Assembly: GCA_029555085.1 (NCBI GenBank)
Contig: JAKPTO010000026.1
Location: 37,217 to 101,216 of the forward strand
DNA: 64,000 nt
Direction: 5' to 3'
From: a bacterium
GTDB taxonomy: Bacteria; Patescibacteriota; Patescibacteriia; UBA1558; S5-K13
Positions 29,525-39,296 of the stretch are shown here, in pieces; the stretch's first letter is position 1; each line of letters begins with the position of its first letter. The translations under genes and the position numbers were made by a program. Below the pieces are notes generated by a model. The model was not told the DNA's origin. It searched no databases and was given only the letters and a program-made list of their open reading frames with translations.

Positions 29525-29719
29525 AAAAATATTCTTTAGAAAATTATTATAAATCTTCACATCCTGAACCATTCCAAAATATCCACTGTATTTAAATTAT
29601 CCTCTCTTACAACTCACCCATTCAAAACAAAAATTAATCCTAAAAATAAAATTAATTTTTTCATATTATTTATTTTATTTACTTTTTATTATTATTTTTA
29701 ATATATTCCTCCAATACTT

Positions 29720-30016
29720 TTATATGCTCCCCCCTATCGCATAAACGAACATTTCACTTTGCTTCTTAACAACATATCGCATAAGCACAAATCCAAATCC
29801 ACTAGTAATGGTAATGGTCATATTAAGAAATTTCTTATTGTCAAAAATAAGAAAAGAAAATATTCCCCAAAATATTCCTAATTTAAAAATAAAAGAGAGG
29901 AAACGCGGAAACATTTTCATGAAAAATTGATAAATATTTAGAACAATCAATACTGGTTTTTCTATGGGCAGATATTTAAATATCTCTAAAAAATTATCTT
30001 TTTCAACTTGATTCAT
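29720..30016 (-). CDS. Small hypothetical multi-pass membrane protein
   Basis: 98 aa with 2-3 hydrophobic helices. No recognisable domain. Confidence 0.45.
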   Translation of the reverse strand: MNQVEKDNFLEIFKYLPIEKPVLIVLNIYQFFMKMFPRFLSFIFKLGIFWGIFSFLIFDNKKFLNMTITITSGFGFVLMRYVVKKQSEMFVYAIGGSI

Positions 30017-30111
30017 TTAAATTAGCTATATTATTTATTTGAATTATCTTGATTTAATTATATCAATAATTTTAAGAAAATACATTATCCTCTTGTCATG
30101 TTTCATAGTGG

Positions 30112-30148
30112 GGAAAATAAAAGCTCTCTGAAAATTTTTCAGAGAGCT
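30112..30148 (-). terminator. Rho-independent terminator downstream of the M23/CBM gene
   Basis: 13-bp inverted repeat AGCTCTCTGAAAA / TTTTCAGAGAGCT (30122-30134 and 30136-30148), followed on the minus strand by TTTATTTT. Confidence 0.75.
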
Positions 30149-30154
30149 CATGAA

Positions 30155-32746
30155 TTATTTACTAAAAACCAGTTTCTTGTCAAAAGAAAATCCGTTTACA
30201 TTTACCCGACAAATATAAACACCGCTTGAGCAAATTTTTCCTGAATCATCTTTTGAATCCCAGTTAATAGTTGCTGATTTGGATTTTGTGGGGACAAACT
30301 TTTTTACAAGTTGTCCTTTGATGTTATAAATCGAAATTTGAACTTCAGATGGTTCTTTTGTGTCTTCTATATCAAACATTAAGCTTACTGTGGAGTTAAA
30401 TGGATTTGGAAATATTTCAAATTTCTTTTTTAATAAATTCACTGTTTGACTTGGTGCGAGTATAAGTGACACATCATCAATCCAAACAGGAACATCTTGT
30501 TCTCCCAAATTCCATGAAATGCGTGCAATTCCAGAACTTGTGGCAGTAAAGCTCATTGTATAATTTTGCCAATCAGTTCCAGTGCTCACAACTTGCCATA
30601 GGCCAAAATTATTCCAGGGAGAATTTTCATTATATAACTCTACCTGGATTTGTCTTTGTGAGGTAGATTTCGCCCAGAAAGACAAAGTATAATTTTGACC
30701 CGATACAATGTTTAAATTCTGGTACAATTGAACCTCGAAGTGCAAACCATTTTGATTGGGATCAATAAATATTGAGTTATTCCCTGAATGGTAAATAGAA
30801 TTATCAATATAATAACTCGCTGTGGAATTGAGATCGCCAACCTCAAATGGTGCAAAATTTCCTGTTTCAAAACCAGGATTTATTATTAAATTATCTCCTT
30901 CTGTTTCCATATCAGATATTTTTTCAAAAACAACATTATCAAAATATTTACAACCAGCTGACTCGCCAATCATAAAATTCAAACGCGCTAATTGATCAGT
31001 TGTATTTGCTATAAAAATATACTGATATTTTTTCCAAGTTGAAGTGAGATTAATCTCTTTCCATAGACCATAATTATTCCATGGATCATTGTTGTTTTGT
31101 ATGCAAAATTTAATTCCCGATGCAGGATTGGATTTTGCCCAAAAAGAAACATTATATGACTCGCCTGATTCAATTTCAACAAGTTGCATAAGTTCTTCTT
31201 CGTAAAATAATCCGGAATCACCAATATTGATTTCTGCTTTAAAGTTTCCATCAACGCAATCACCGGATGTTATATCGAAACTTGCGCTATTTCTACTGTC
31301 ATTTAAAATCCAATAATTACAAATTCCAGAATCAAATCCACCGTCTTCGAAGTCACCACCCTGATAATCAACCATTCCACCACCAGCAAAATATTGAATA
31401 TTTTCTCCGGATTGAAATGAATTAACATCGCTATCGGAAACTTCTAAAACATTAGCAAAATTAAACCCATAGGTATTGAAGGTTGATTCGTCTATAATGA
31501 GACGACGCAATCCATTTTCTATATAATAACAAGCTGGACCTGGACCAGAAATTAATTTTCCATCCATGATTTTTTCATAGCTTACAAATGGCGCAATCTG
31601 ATAATAATTTAAAACATTTTGAGTAACTACTATATTAAAATTTGAATGATAATAGTTAATCATATAAACATTGTCAGAAAGCAATCTCAGAAGAATCTTT
31701 TGTCCAGTGTATGAAGAAGAAACTTCAATCCCTCGTTTAATAACATATCGTTCGTTCATGTTATTTACATTTTGCAATACTGTTCCGTATGGATAATCGC
31801 TTGAAGATGTAAGTTCAGATCCTTCCGCAAATTGAGATAAATATGAACTTGTTGTTGGAATCCAAACATCCGCAGAGTATCCTAATTGTTGCCAATTATT
31901 TACCCTTCGCTTCACAATTGTCGTAGAATTGTTTGACTGATAATCAAATACCCATCTCTGAGAATTCTCATCATAAACACAAGTTCCAACTTTTGGACTA
32001 ATATCAGGACCAATTGAAAATGAATTGAATTCTTCTTGACTAATTTCAACTGCATCAGACCAGTCAAATCCCCAAGTATAAAAAGGTGTCTCACTAGTAA
32101 ATCGTTGCATTTGCCTGTCACGAATCCAATAATAATTTGGAGTATTAGTTACATGAACCAATAAATCATCTGGTAGAATTCTTGGTTGTGAAACAACAAT
32201 GCCTGGGAGTGATGGCGGGTTTGATACGAAATAATGTTTATCTGGATTACAACCATTATTATATTGTTGTGTGTTGTTACTATACCAACCATAGGGATCA
32301 ATTGGTTCATTATTATAGTAAACACCAAAGTGAAGGTGAGGGTTGGTTGAATAACCAGTGTCACCCACCTTTCCTATAAATTGTCCTTGGTAAACAAATT
32401 CTCCGACAGAAACAGTTGCAGTATGGTAAAGCATGTGCGCGTATATTGTTTTGTAACCATTTCCATGGTCTATTTTCACATAATTACCATAATCCGTTCC
32501 TGTTCCATCTGGAATATCTCTTTGCACCGCAATAACCTGTCCACCATAAGCAGAAAGAATTCTTGTTCCCTCTACTGCGGAATAATCAATTCCGTAATTA
32601 TAGTTATAACTATAACTAGGTGGATATTGCCAACCAGATGAAATTATAAAATTTCCTTCAATGGGGAGTGTGAATATATGATCCACACCGAACAAATAAC
32701 CACAACACATTGTGATTATTACTAGAATTGTCATGAGAGTTTTCAT
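30155..32746 (-). CDS. Secreted M23 (LytM) metallopeptidase with two CBM4/9-like carbohydrate-binding modules and a T9SS-type (Por/FlgD-Ig-like) C-terminal sorting domain
   Basis: - Signal peptide: MKTLMTILVIITMCCGYLFG
- M23 motifs: GIDYSAVEGTRILSAYGGQV, KIDHGNGYKTIYAHM, NPHLHFGVY
- Two CBM-like modules: ...YNVSFWAKSNP... and NPGFETGNF...YTLSFWAKST...
- C-terminus: FEIFPNPFNSTVSL...ISIYNIKGQLVKKF...WDSKDDSGKICSSGVYICRV. Confidence 0.8.
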   Translation of the reverse strand: MKTLMTILVIITMCCGYLFGVDHIFTLPIEGNFIISSGWQYPPSYSYNYNYGIDYSAVEGTRILSAYGGQVIAVQRDIPDGTGTDYGNYVKIDHGNGYKTIYAHMLYHTATVSVGEFVYQGQFIGKVGDTGYSTNPHLHFGVYYNNEPIDPYGWYSNNTQQYNNGCNPDKHYFVSNPPSLPGIVVSQPRILPDDLLVHVTNTPNYYWIRDRQMQRFTSETPFYTWGFDWSDAVEISQEEFNSFSIGPDISPKVGTCVYDENSQRWVFDYQSNNSTTIVKRRVNNWQQLGYSADVWIPTTSSYLSQFAEGSELTSSSDYPYGTVLQNVNNMNERYVIKRGIEVSSSYTGQKILLRLLSDNVYMINYYHSNFNIVVTQNVLNYYQIAPFVSYEKIMDGKLISGPGPACYYIENGLRRLIIDESTFNTYGFNFANVLEVSDSDVNSFQSGENIQYFAGGGMVDYQGGDFEDGGFDSGICNYWILNDSRNSASFDITSGDCVDGNFKAEINIGDSGLFYEEELMQLVEIESGESYNVSFWAKSNPASGIKFCIQNNNDPWNNYGLWKEINLTSTWKKYQYIFIANTTDQLARLNFMIGESAGCKYFDNVVFEKISDMETEGDNLIINPGFETGNFAPFEVGDLNSTASYYIDNSIYHSGNNSIFIDPNQNGLHFEVQLYQNLNIVSGQNYTLSFWAKSTSQRQIQVELYNENSPWNNFGLWQVVSTGTDWQNYTMSFTATSSGIARISWNLGEQDVPVWIDDVSLILAPSQTVNLLKKKFEIFPNPFNSTVSLMFDIEDTKEPSEVQISIYNIKGQLVKKFVPTKSKSATINWDSKDDSGKICSSGVYICRVNVNGFSFDKKLVFSK

Positions 32747-32934
32747 TTTTACCTCCTATGAAAATTTCTCAATTTCTTTAAAAATGTTTCGAGAATAAAA
32801 AATCGCCAAAAAAATCTGATAAATCAAATTAAGTTTGGCGACCCTGATTTTGAAATTATAAAAACCCAAGTCTCTTGTTAAAATTTAACAAGAATTAATA
32901 AATCGCTTTTCCTCGCTTTTATTTAATTGTTAAT

Positions 32935-33480
32935 CTACTTATTTATTAAAAAATCTTTAAATATACCCAAACTACCCACTCTAAATAAACCTATATTTTC
33001 TACTGTTTCGCAACCAACCATCACTGGGGCATATTCGTCTCTACATGTGCTAGCTCTACAATTATCACCTGCATATTTATACTCTACAAACATATTTTGC
33101 TTTATTAGTTGCTCTGTTAATGCAAACGGGAAAACACTACTAACAGAATAAATACCTCTTGGAACCTCTAATCTGTAACCTTTTTTATTTCTATATTTAG
33201 AATTAATTACTTGATTAGGTGTGCAATAATAATTATTTGTTTCTATATTTTTCGCGCAAACCAAAGATCCATCTGGAACAATTTCTGATGGATAGCTTAA
33301 TTCTCCCTCAATTGCCCCCATACAATTTTCTGATTGTATTTTTGTTGCTTCTCTTTCATCTGAAATACTCTGTGTATTGTTTATAATATTTTCTTGATTT
33401 TTACTATCATAAATTACAATATATATAACAAGTGATATAAATAGTATTATTGAAATAATTATTAATATTTTTTTCCACAT
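32935..33480 (-). CDS. Hypothetical membrane-anchored / secreted Cys-containing protein
   Basis: 181 aa with an N-terminal TM helix (ILIIISIILFISLVIYIVIY) and an extracytoplasmic domain with several Cys residues. Confidence 0.5.
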   Translation of the reverse strand: MWKKILIIISIILFISLVIYIVIYDSKNQENIINNTQSISDEREATKIQSENCMGAIEGELSYPSEIVPDGSLVCAKNIETNNYYCTPNQVINSKYRNKKGYRLEVPRGIYSVSSVFPFALTEQLIKQNMFVEYKYAGDNCRASTCRDEYAPVMVGCETVENIGLFRVGSLGIFKDFLINK

Positions 33481-33575
33481 AAATTTATTTAATTTTATTA
33501 ATTATAAATTAAAAATACTTTTATAAATTAAAGATACTTCGATTTTTAAAAAATGTAAATACCAATTATTAACAT

Positions 33576-33608
33576 AAAAAAAGGCGTCGTATTACTACGA
33601 CGCCTTTT
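33576..33608 (-). terminator. Rho-independent terminator downstream of the 1707-aa gene
   Basis: Perfect stem AAAAGGCGTCGTA / TACGACGCCTTTT with loop TTAC. A T-run follows on the minus strand. Confidence 0.85.
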
Positions 33609-33634
33609 AGATTTTAATAAAAATAACCAAATTT

Positions 33635-36600
33635 TTATTTTTTATATAAAGTGGAAACAAATCTTTGCATTCTGTCATTCAATACATCTAAAGCAATTCT
33701 TGTACTTTCTGGTGCGTTTTTTGGTATGCTCTTTAATGTGAGTTCCCAAAATTTTATCTCAAAATTATTTAACTTACTACTACCTGTTCTTTCCAGCTTT
33801 ATATCGCTTAATAATTTAAATGCTTTATCGTGTACAATGTCTTTATTAGCACTCTCCGTAATTATTCTATATAATTCAGTACCTCGTTCTCGGCTATAAA
33901 AAAATGTTCCAACTGAACTAACATCTGATGTCTGTTTAATAATGGAACCATTTTCATCAAATACTTGTTTAAGTGTTCCGCTTCTTCCCGCCTCCTTAAA
34001 AGTAACGAGCTTTGTATAATCATCGAGCCATTTCTCTGTTATTGTTCCTGTATTTGTTTTTATAATTTCTATATTTGGCTCGGAAATCAATTCTTGAAAA
34101 TTATTCTCTGTAATTTGCTCTAAGCCGGGACTTTGTGGATCAAGATCTGCATAATATTCCCCATGGTCTTTTTGAATTTCCAACACCCGATTATTACCAA
34201 CATTCGTTTCAAATTTAACTGGAATATTGTCTTCAACATCTTTCAATGCCTCTTCCAACTCAGAAAATGTATTAACTCTTTTAACTCCTAGTATCTCTGT
34301 TTGATTTTGAGCTATAGGCACACGATCTAATATATCTTCGACAGGTGTCCGTCCTGATATACCTTTGGTAGGCACATGATCTGGCTCAATAGTCAAATTT
34401 TGAACTGAGGATACTTGGTCTGATATATCTTCTATATTTGACTCAGAAATCAATTCTTGAAAATTATTCTCTGTAATTTGCTCTAAACCAGGGAGATTAG
34501 GATTAAAGTCTGTGTAATATTCTCCATTGTCCTCTATAATCCGTACAACATTACCACCAATTTCTACATCAGCCGAAGCACCTGCCTCTTTAAACTGAAA
34601 TACTTCTTTCAAATCAGAAAAATCCCTAACCACTGGAACCTCTGATGTTTCTATAGGTACATTAGTCAATGTATCTGGGGTGACTTCTATACTTTCTGTA
34701 GGTACATGATCTAACATATCTTCAGTGGGTACATGATCTGGTTTAATAACTGGGATTTCTGTATTACCATTATTAAACTCATCTTGCAACCTCGCTATTT
34801 GAAAATTTAACTCCTCTCCAGTATTTTGCTGTTGTGAAAGTAATTCTCGAGTTGCATTTAGTTCCTCAGATATCTTCGCTTGTATATTGGATGGAATATT
34901 TGGATCATCTAGCATTTCTTCTAATCTGGTAATTGATAATTTTGACTTTATTATATCATCATTTAACTCAAAATATTTACTTTGTAGCTCTTCTATTTGC
35001 TCAGGATAATTTGACTTAACTATATCTTCTACGGGTAGCACTTCTCTTACATTTGTTGGTCTGACAATTTCTGAAACATTAGGACCATGTTTGGGCTTAA
35101 TGACGCCCATTACATTATCTACATAATGTTTGTAAAAACTTTCATAAGACTTGGGTTTGACAAAGGCAAAAACCTCGTTAGTTTCTGGATCAACGACAAC
35201 TCTTGCTCCCGGCGCAACAACATTTGCATCAAAATTTTTAAGAATCAATGGTTCGCCATTAGGTCCAGAAGTAACAAGTGTCATTTTTGAACCACGAGGC
35301 ATGCTTATACCCAAAGTTTCAGAAACACTAGAGCCCTTAGCTACTGGAACGCCTTGATCTGCCAACTCTTGAATACGTTGAGGGTTCAAACCCTTAATAT
35401 CTTGAAAATTAGATACATCTGATTTTTTTGGAGAAAAACTTTGTGATGCCTCATTTATATCATCCGCTCGACTTGTTGAGATAACCTGATCTTTTTTACC
35501 AAAAACAGAGTTCTTCAAATTCTCAAAAGACTTTCCTAATCTCTCCATTCTTGAAACTATATCAGCATAACTTACAAAATTATCTTTCATGTTTTCCAAT
35601 ACATTACCCTGAGTAAATGTTTTGGTAAAACATTGTACCATGTTATCCACACTTGCACCAGATGTTTGTATTCCTGATAAAGCTTGCGTTCCCATACCAA
35701 GAGCCATTAATAATTCCCCCCAAGCTCTCATCATGGTAGTTTTTTTATCAAAACCTTTTAATTTTCTAACATCACTATGTTTTTTTAATTTATCATTTTC
35801 TACATAAAAACTTGATTCATATCGTTTTCCAGATAATCCATAATATGTTTCTAAAAACATTGTTTTAAATGCATCTCCAAGATATTGATGTGCTTTCATT
35901 TTTTCGCCAACCTTATTCCAGGAATATTCCTTTTGATATTTCAATGCTGATTTATCTAATTTTCCACCAAATGCAAATATTCCATACATAGCACCTCGAA
36001 GTCCAGCCGCACCTATCCCGCCACCAAAAACCATAGCCGTATTAAGTGCATCTTTTACAAGTATACTTCCATTTACTGTTCCTTGTATATAATCTTGCAA
36101 AATATAATCTATTTTTTTTGACCTTTGTTTTCTTAAATCATTTTTTGATTCCAAATTCGTAAGTAGAACTTTGTTTAATCTATTTCTCATTGTCATCTGA
36201 TCATGATCAGAAATAATATACAATAACTTTTCTTTATCTGTTAATGAACCTTCGTTAAACTTTTTTTCTATTTCTTGTCTTTTTTCTTTTGGTAAATCAT
36301 AATAATTCTGAGATCTGGCATTCTTTATCATTTCATTATATTGCATTGCTTTTTCTTTTACATCATCTACAGAAATTTTTTCATTTTTTATAAAATTTTC
36401 TCTAATTTTATTATTCTCCATTGAAAGAGTTTTTATTTTACGCTCTAATTCTTCTCTTTCTGTTTCATCTTTTGTGTTTTTATATATCTCTACATATCTA
36501 GATATTGCAGCAACTCTTCTTTTGTAATTATCATCTTGGTAAAGCTTCTGAAATTTTTCCTTATTAGAAGAAATCAACTCTGCTAAATCGCTTGTTTTCT

Positions 36601-38758
36601 TTTCTGCCTCAACCCTATCTTTCTTTGTTTCACTTTTTTGATCAAAATATTTATACACATCTGTTCTCTTGCCAAGAGCAAAATTAATTTTTCCTCCACT
36701 TATTTTATCAAGTCCATGCGCAAGTCCAGCGCCAATCCAATCACCAATGGCTTTAACACCAAACATTGAACCGATAATATTATATATTCCCTTACCTGTT
36801 GCTGCGCATAAGGCCCTCTTTTCTTCTTTTTCTTCTGGTGTTTTTGGTTTCTTAAAAATCAAATCAAAAGTTTTCTTAACCCTATCCTTAAATTTAACTT
36901 TTATCTGTTCTTCTTTTAACTCTTCATTGATAATATGTTCTTCCGGCGTATTAGATTGAATTTCTTTTTCTGATTCAAAATTATTGTAAGTAGATGTCCA
37001 TTTTATTTCTTGTCCCCATTCTGGACTGGTATGGGTAGATGTCCATTTTGCTTCCTGTCTCTCTCCTTGACTCGTATTAGTTTCCCATTGTTGTTCTTGA
37101 TTAGTATTAGATATTGTCTCTGGTTTTATTTCTTTTATTCCAAGTACATTGCTTATATATGTATTTGTATTTTCAAGAAGACTTGGTGCTATTTTTGTCA
37201 CAAAATTTACAATAAAAGACTCATTACCCTCCCTACCCTCATCTTCTACTCTATCCTTAGCTTCTAAAAATTTTCTTACCTCAATAATCTGATTATCGCT
37301 TAGTCTACTCAACTTGTACTTTAAAATATCAACTCCGGTATTTTCTAATTCTAAATGTTTATTAAAAAATTTTTCCTCTGTTTTCGGCAAATCGTCTTCA
37401 AAGACTTGTTTTTCTTTAATAACCTCCTCTTCTGATTTTTCAAAATTCTCTGATTTTGAAGTCTCTTCTTTTTCTGATTTAATCTTTTCTTCTGAATTTC
37501 CTAACAACTCTTTAACTTTATCTCTTAAACCGTATGCTCTAGTAACGAAATTAATATGATAGCTTTCGTGTCTCACTTGATCAATTATCTGCTTCAATTC
37601 CTCTGGACTATATTTTTCTTTGGTACCATCTATTGTCCCAATTTCTTCTATGGCAGAAAATAATTCCTCAAAATTTTTAGCATTGCTAATTTTTGCTTTT
37701 TGATTTTCTAGTAACTCTACAACCTTATCTCTTAAACCGTATGTTCTAGTAACATAAGTATTGCGAAGATCTCCATTCCTTACTTGGTTAATGATCTGCT
37801 TCAATTCCTCTGGACTATATTTTTCTTTGGTACCATCTATTGTCCCAATTTCTTCTATGGCAGAAAATAATTCCTCAAAATTTTTAGCATTGCTAATTTT
37901 TGCTTTCCTATCTTCTTCTGTTTCTATTGTATTTTTTTTATTTTTCCCCTCAATTTCTTTTTTAGATTCACTTTCTCTCATCATTTCAATGAGTTTTTTT
38001 GCATGCATTTTAGCCCATTGAATTTGTCCTTCATTATTTTCATAATCTAAACCTGCTTCTGGGTTAGGATGATTATCTTTTTCCCTATTTTCTATATCAT
38101 GTTGTTTCCAACTCATAAGAATTTTATACGCAATAGCTGTTTCTAAATCATTTGTAGTATCTCTATACATGTCATAATGTTTGTAATAATCATTAAAAAT
38201 GCCTTTATAATCTATACCCGTTTCCATATCTGGATTTTCAAAAAAATTCTTATACACTTTTTCAACTTCAGATTCCATATATTTATAATCTTCTGGATTG
38301 TCTGGTAATTCTGTTTTTATAACTCTCTCTGGAACCTGATCTAAAACATTGAGATCTTTTTCTGATTCAAATTTTTCATCTATTTTTTCTTGTCCATCTT
38401 CGGGGATTTCTTTCGCATACTCGTCTGATGCTGATATAATTTCTTTTGCCCTTTTTATTCTCTTATTAATCTCAGGGACTAATTTTCTTAAATCTTCTAA
38501 ATAATTAAAAAAAAGAGAACGATCTTCATCAAATGTTTCTTGGTCACTCGATATAAGTATATATTGATCTGCACTAAATGATATATCCGACCTAATTTCT
38601 TCGAGTAATTCTTCACCCCTATTTAATATTTTCTCTAAAGCTTGTTTCTTAAATCTTATGAATCCATCTGGGTTATTATTATCTATAAATTCTCTGTATT
38701 GCTCATTCTTATCAACTAAATTTTTTAAATTCTCTGTAGGTTGTTTTATTTTATCCAT
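33635..38758 (-). CDS. Giant (1707 aa) orphan protein: acidic coiled-coil-rich N-terminal third, internal Gly-rich hydrophobic segments, and duplicated modules
   Basis: A single uninterrupted ORF with no signal peptide. Hydrophobic Gly-rich segments include ALCAATGKGIYNIIGSMFGVKAIGDWIGAGLAHGL and NTAMVFGGGIGAAGLRGAMYGIFAFGG. The 69-aa module KAKISNAKNFEELFSAIEEIGTIDGTKEKYSPEELKQII is duplicated, as is a ~121-aa-period module containing PGLEQITENNFQELISE. Confidence 0.8.
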   Translation of the reverse strand: MDKIKQPTENLKNLVDKNEQYREFIDNNNPDGFIRFKKQALEKILNRGEELLEEIRSDISFSADQYILISSDQETFDEDRSLFFNYLEDLRKLVPEINKRIKRAKEIISASDEYAKEIPEDGQEKIDEKFESEKDLNVLDQVPERVIKTELPDNPEDYKYMESEVEKVYKNFFENPDMETGIDYKGIFNDYYKHYDMYRDTTNDLETAIAYKILMSWKQHDIENREKDNHPNPEAGLDYENNEGQIQWAKMHAKKLIEMMRESESKKEIEGKNKKNTIETEEDRKAKISNAKNFEELFSAIEEIGTIDGTKEKYSPEELKQIINQVRNGDLRNTYVTRTYGLRDKVVELLENQKAKISNAKNFEELFSAIEEIGTIDGTKEKYSPEELKQIIDQVRHESYHINFVTRAYGLRDKVKELLGNSEEKIKSEKEETSKSENFEKSEEEVIKEKQVFEDDLPKTEEKFFNKHLELENTGVDILKYKLSRLSDNQIIEVRKFLEAKDRVEDEGREGNESFIVNFVTKIAPSLLENTNTYISNVLGIKEIKPETISNTNQEQQWETNTSQGERQEAKWTSTHTSPEWGQEIKWTSTYNNFESEKEIQSNTPEEHIINEELKEEQIKVKFKDRVKKTFDLIFKKPKTPEEKEEKRALCAATGKGIYNIIGSMFGVKAIGDWIGAGLAHGLDKISGGKINFALGKRTDVYKYFDQKSETKKDRVEAEKKTSDLAELISSNKEKFQKLYQDDNYKRRVAAISRYVEIYKNTKDETEREELERKIKTLSMENNKIRENFIKNEKISVDDVKEKAMQYNEMIKNARSQNYYDLPKEKRQEIEKKFNEGSLTDKEKLLYIISDHDQMTMRNRLNKVLLTNLESKNDLRKQRSKKIDYILQDYIQGTVNGSILVKDALNTAMVFGGGIGAAGLRGAMYGIFAFGGKLDKSALKYQKEYSWNKVGEKMKAHQYLGDAFKTMFLETYYGLSGKRYESSFYVENDKLKKHSDVRKLKGFDKKTTMMRAWGELLMALGMGTQALSGIQTSGASVDNMVQCFTKTFTQGNVLENMKDNFVSYADIVSRMERLGKSFENLKNSVFGKKDQVISTSRADDINEASQSFSPKKSDVSNFQDIKGLNPQRIQELADQGVPVAKGSSVSETLGISMPRGSKMTLVTSGPNGEPLILKNFDANVVAPGARVVVDPETNEVFAFVKPKSYESFYKHYVDNVMGVIKPKHGPNVSEIVRPTNVREVLPVEDIVKSNYPEQIEELQSKYFELNDDIIKSKLSITRLEEMLDDPNIPSNIQAKISEELNATRELLSQQQNTGEELNFQIARLQDEFNNGNTEIPVIKPDHVPTEDMLDHVPTESIEVTPDTLTNVPIETSEVPVVRDFSDLKEVFQFKEAGASADVEIGGNVVRIIEDNGEYYTDFNPNLPGLEQITENNFQELISESNIEDISDQVSSVQNLTIEPDHVPTKGISGRTPVEDILDRVPIAQNQTEILGVKRVNTFSELEEALKDVEDNIPVKFETNVGNNRVLEIQKDHGEYYADLDPQSPGLEQITENNFQELISEPNIEIIKTNTGTITEKWLDDYTKLVTFKEAGRSGTLKQVFDENGSIIKQTSDVSSVGTFFYSRERGTELYRIITESANKDIVHDKAFKLLSDIKLERTGSSKLNNFEIKFWELTLKSIPKNAPESTRIALDVLNDRMQRFVSTLYKK
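37587..37906 (-). repeat. Intragenic direct repeat: 113 nt perfectly identical, 207-nt period
   Basis: 37587-37699 is identical to 37794-37906 by base-by-base comparison. The flanks are diverged but related (CTTATCTCTTAAACCGTATG...). Confidence 0.9.
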
Positions 38759-38775
38759 ATTTTTGTAATTAAATT

Positions 38776-38964
38776 TTATTTATTTAAAAATTTCTTTCTA
38801 ATATTTTCTAATTTTTTCTGAGTCATCAATGTTTCTATTTTTTTTACAATATCGTTTCTTTTTTTTGAAATAATAGATAATTCCGCCATTATAATATTTA
38901 ATTCTTTATCAACTTCCTCTATAAGATCCTTATAATTCTTTATTTTTGTTTTTATTTCTTCCAT
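38776..38964 (-). CDS. Small coiled-coil protein (hypothetical)
   Basis: 62 aa, heptad-like and Lys/Glu-rich, immediately upstream of the 1707-aa gene. Confidence 0.4.
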   Translation of the reverse strand: MEEIKTKIKNYKDLIEEVDKELNIIMAELSIISKKRNDIVKKIETLMTQKKLENIRKKFLNK

Positions 38965-38974
38965 GTATTTATAT

Positions 38975-39292
38975 TTATTTTTTACTCCTTTTAAAAATAG
39001 AATCTAGTTCTGTTATTGTTTTTTCATCAATTTTTTTCTCTTTCTCGGCATATTCAATTGCCAATTGTTCTAATTTATTTTCCAATTCAATATTTAATAA
39101 GTCTAATTGCTCAGATGCAAATTTATTCTCAAGCGTCATTGCTACTTCTGCTACCTTTTCCGGAGGGAGATTATTTAATATCTCTATAAATAATTCCTTT
39201 GCATCATCGGATATATTCATAGAAGCTAACAAAAAACCCAGCTTTTTACCAAAACCGCCTATCAATTCTTGGTCATTTATTTTTTTGCTCAT
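38975..39292 (-). CDS. Hypothetical small acidic helical protein
   Basis: 105 aa with no TM helix and no recognisable motif. Confidence 0.45.
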   Translation of the reverse strand: MSKKINDQELIGGFGKKLGFLLASMNISDDAKELFIEILNNLPPEKVAEVAMTLENKFASEQLDLLNIELENKLEQLAIEYAEKEKKIDEKTITELDSIFKRSKK

Positions 39293-39296
39293 ATTG

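Noticed and set aside
29530-29664. Signal-peptide-like mini-ORF (MKKLILFLGLIFVLNG) interrupted by in-frame TGA codons.
   Set aside because: It is 16 codons long before the first stop. Continuing requires reading through two TGA codons, and TGA is used as a stop elsewhere in the window. It is probably non-coding or a decayed remnant, and there is not enough evidence to call a pseudogene.
31009-32641. Five overlapping ORFs of 65-86 aa in alternative frames within the M23/CBM gene (31009-31263, 31912-32121, 32149-32364, 32182-32379, 32381-32641).
   Set aside because: They are embedded in a gene with strong domain support. Their abundance is better explained by the locally lower AT content, so I used it as evidence of atypical composition and did not call them as genes.
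35087-38021. Plus-strand ORFs inside the 1707-aa gene (35087-35357, 35622-35807, 36669-36959, 37010-37267, 37314-37559, 37761-38021), and 33651-33899.
   Set aside because: They are antisense to one continuous 5.1-kb ORF and have Ser/Phe/Leu-rich, low-complexity translations.
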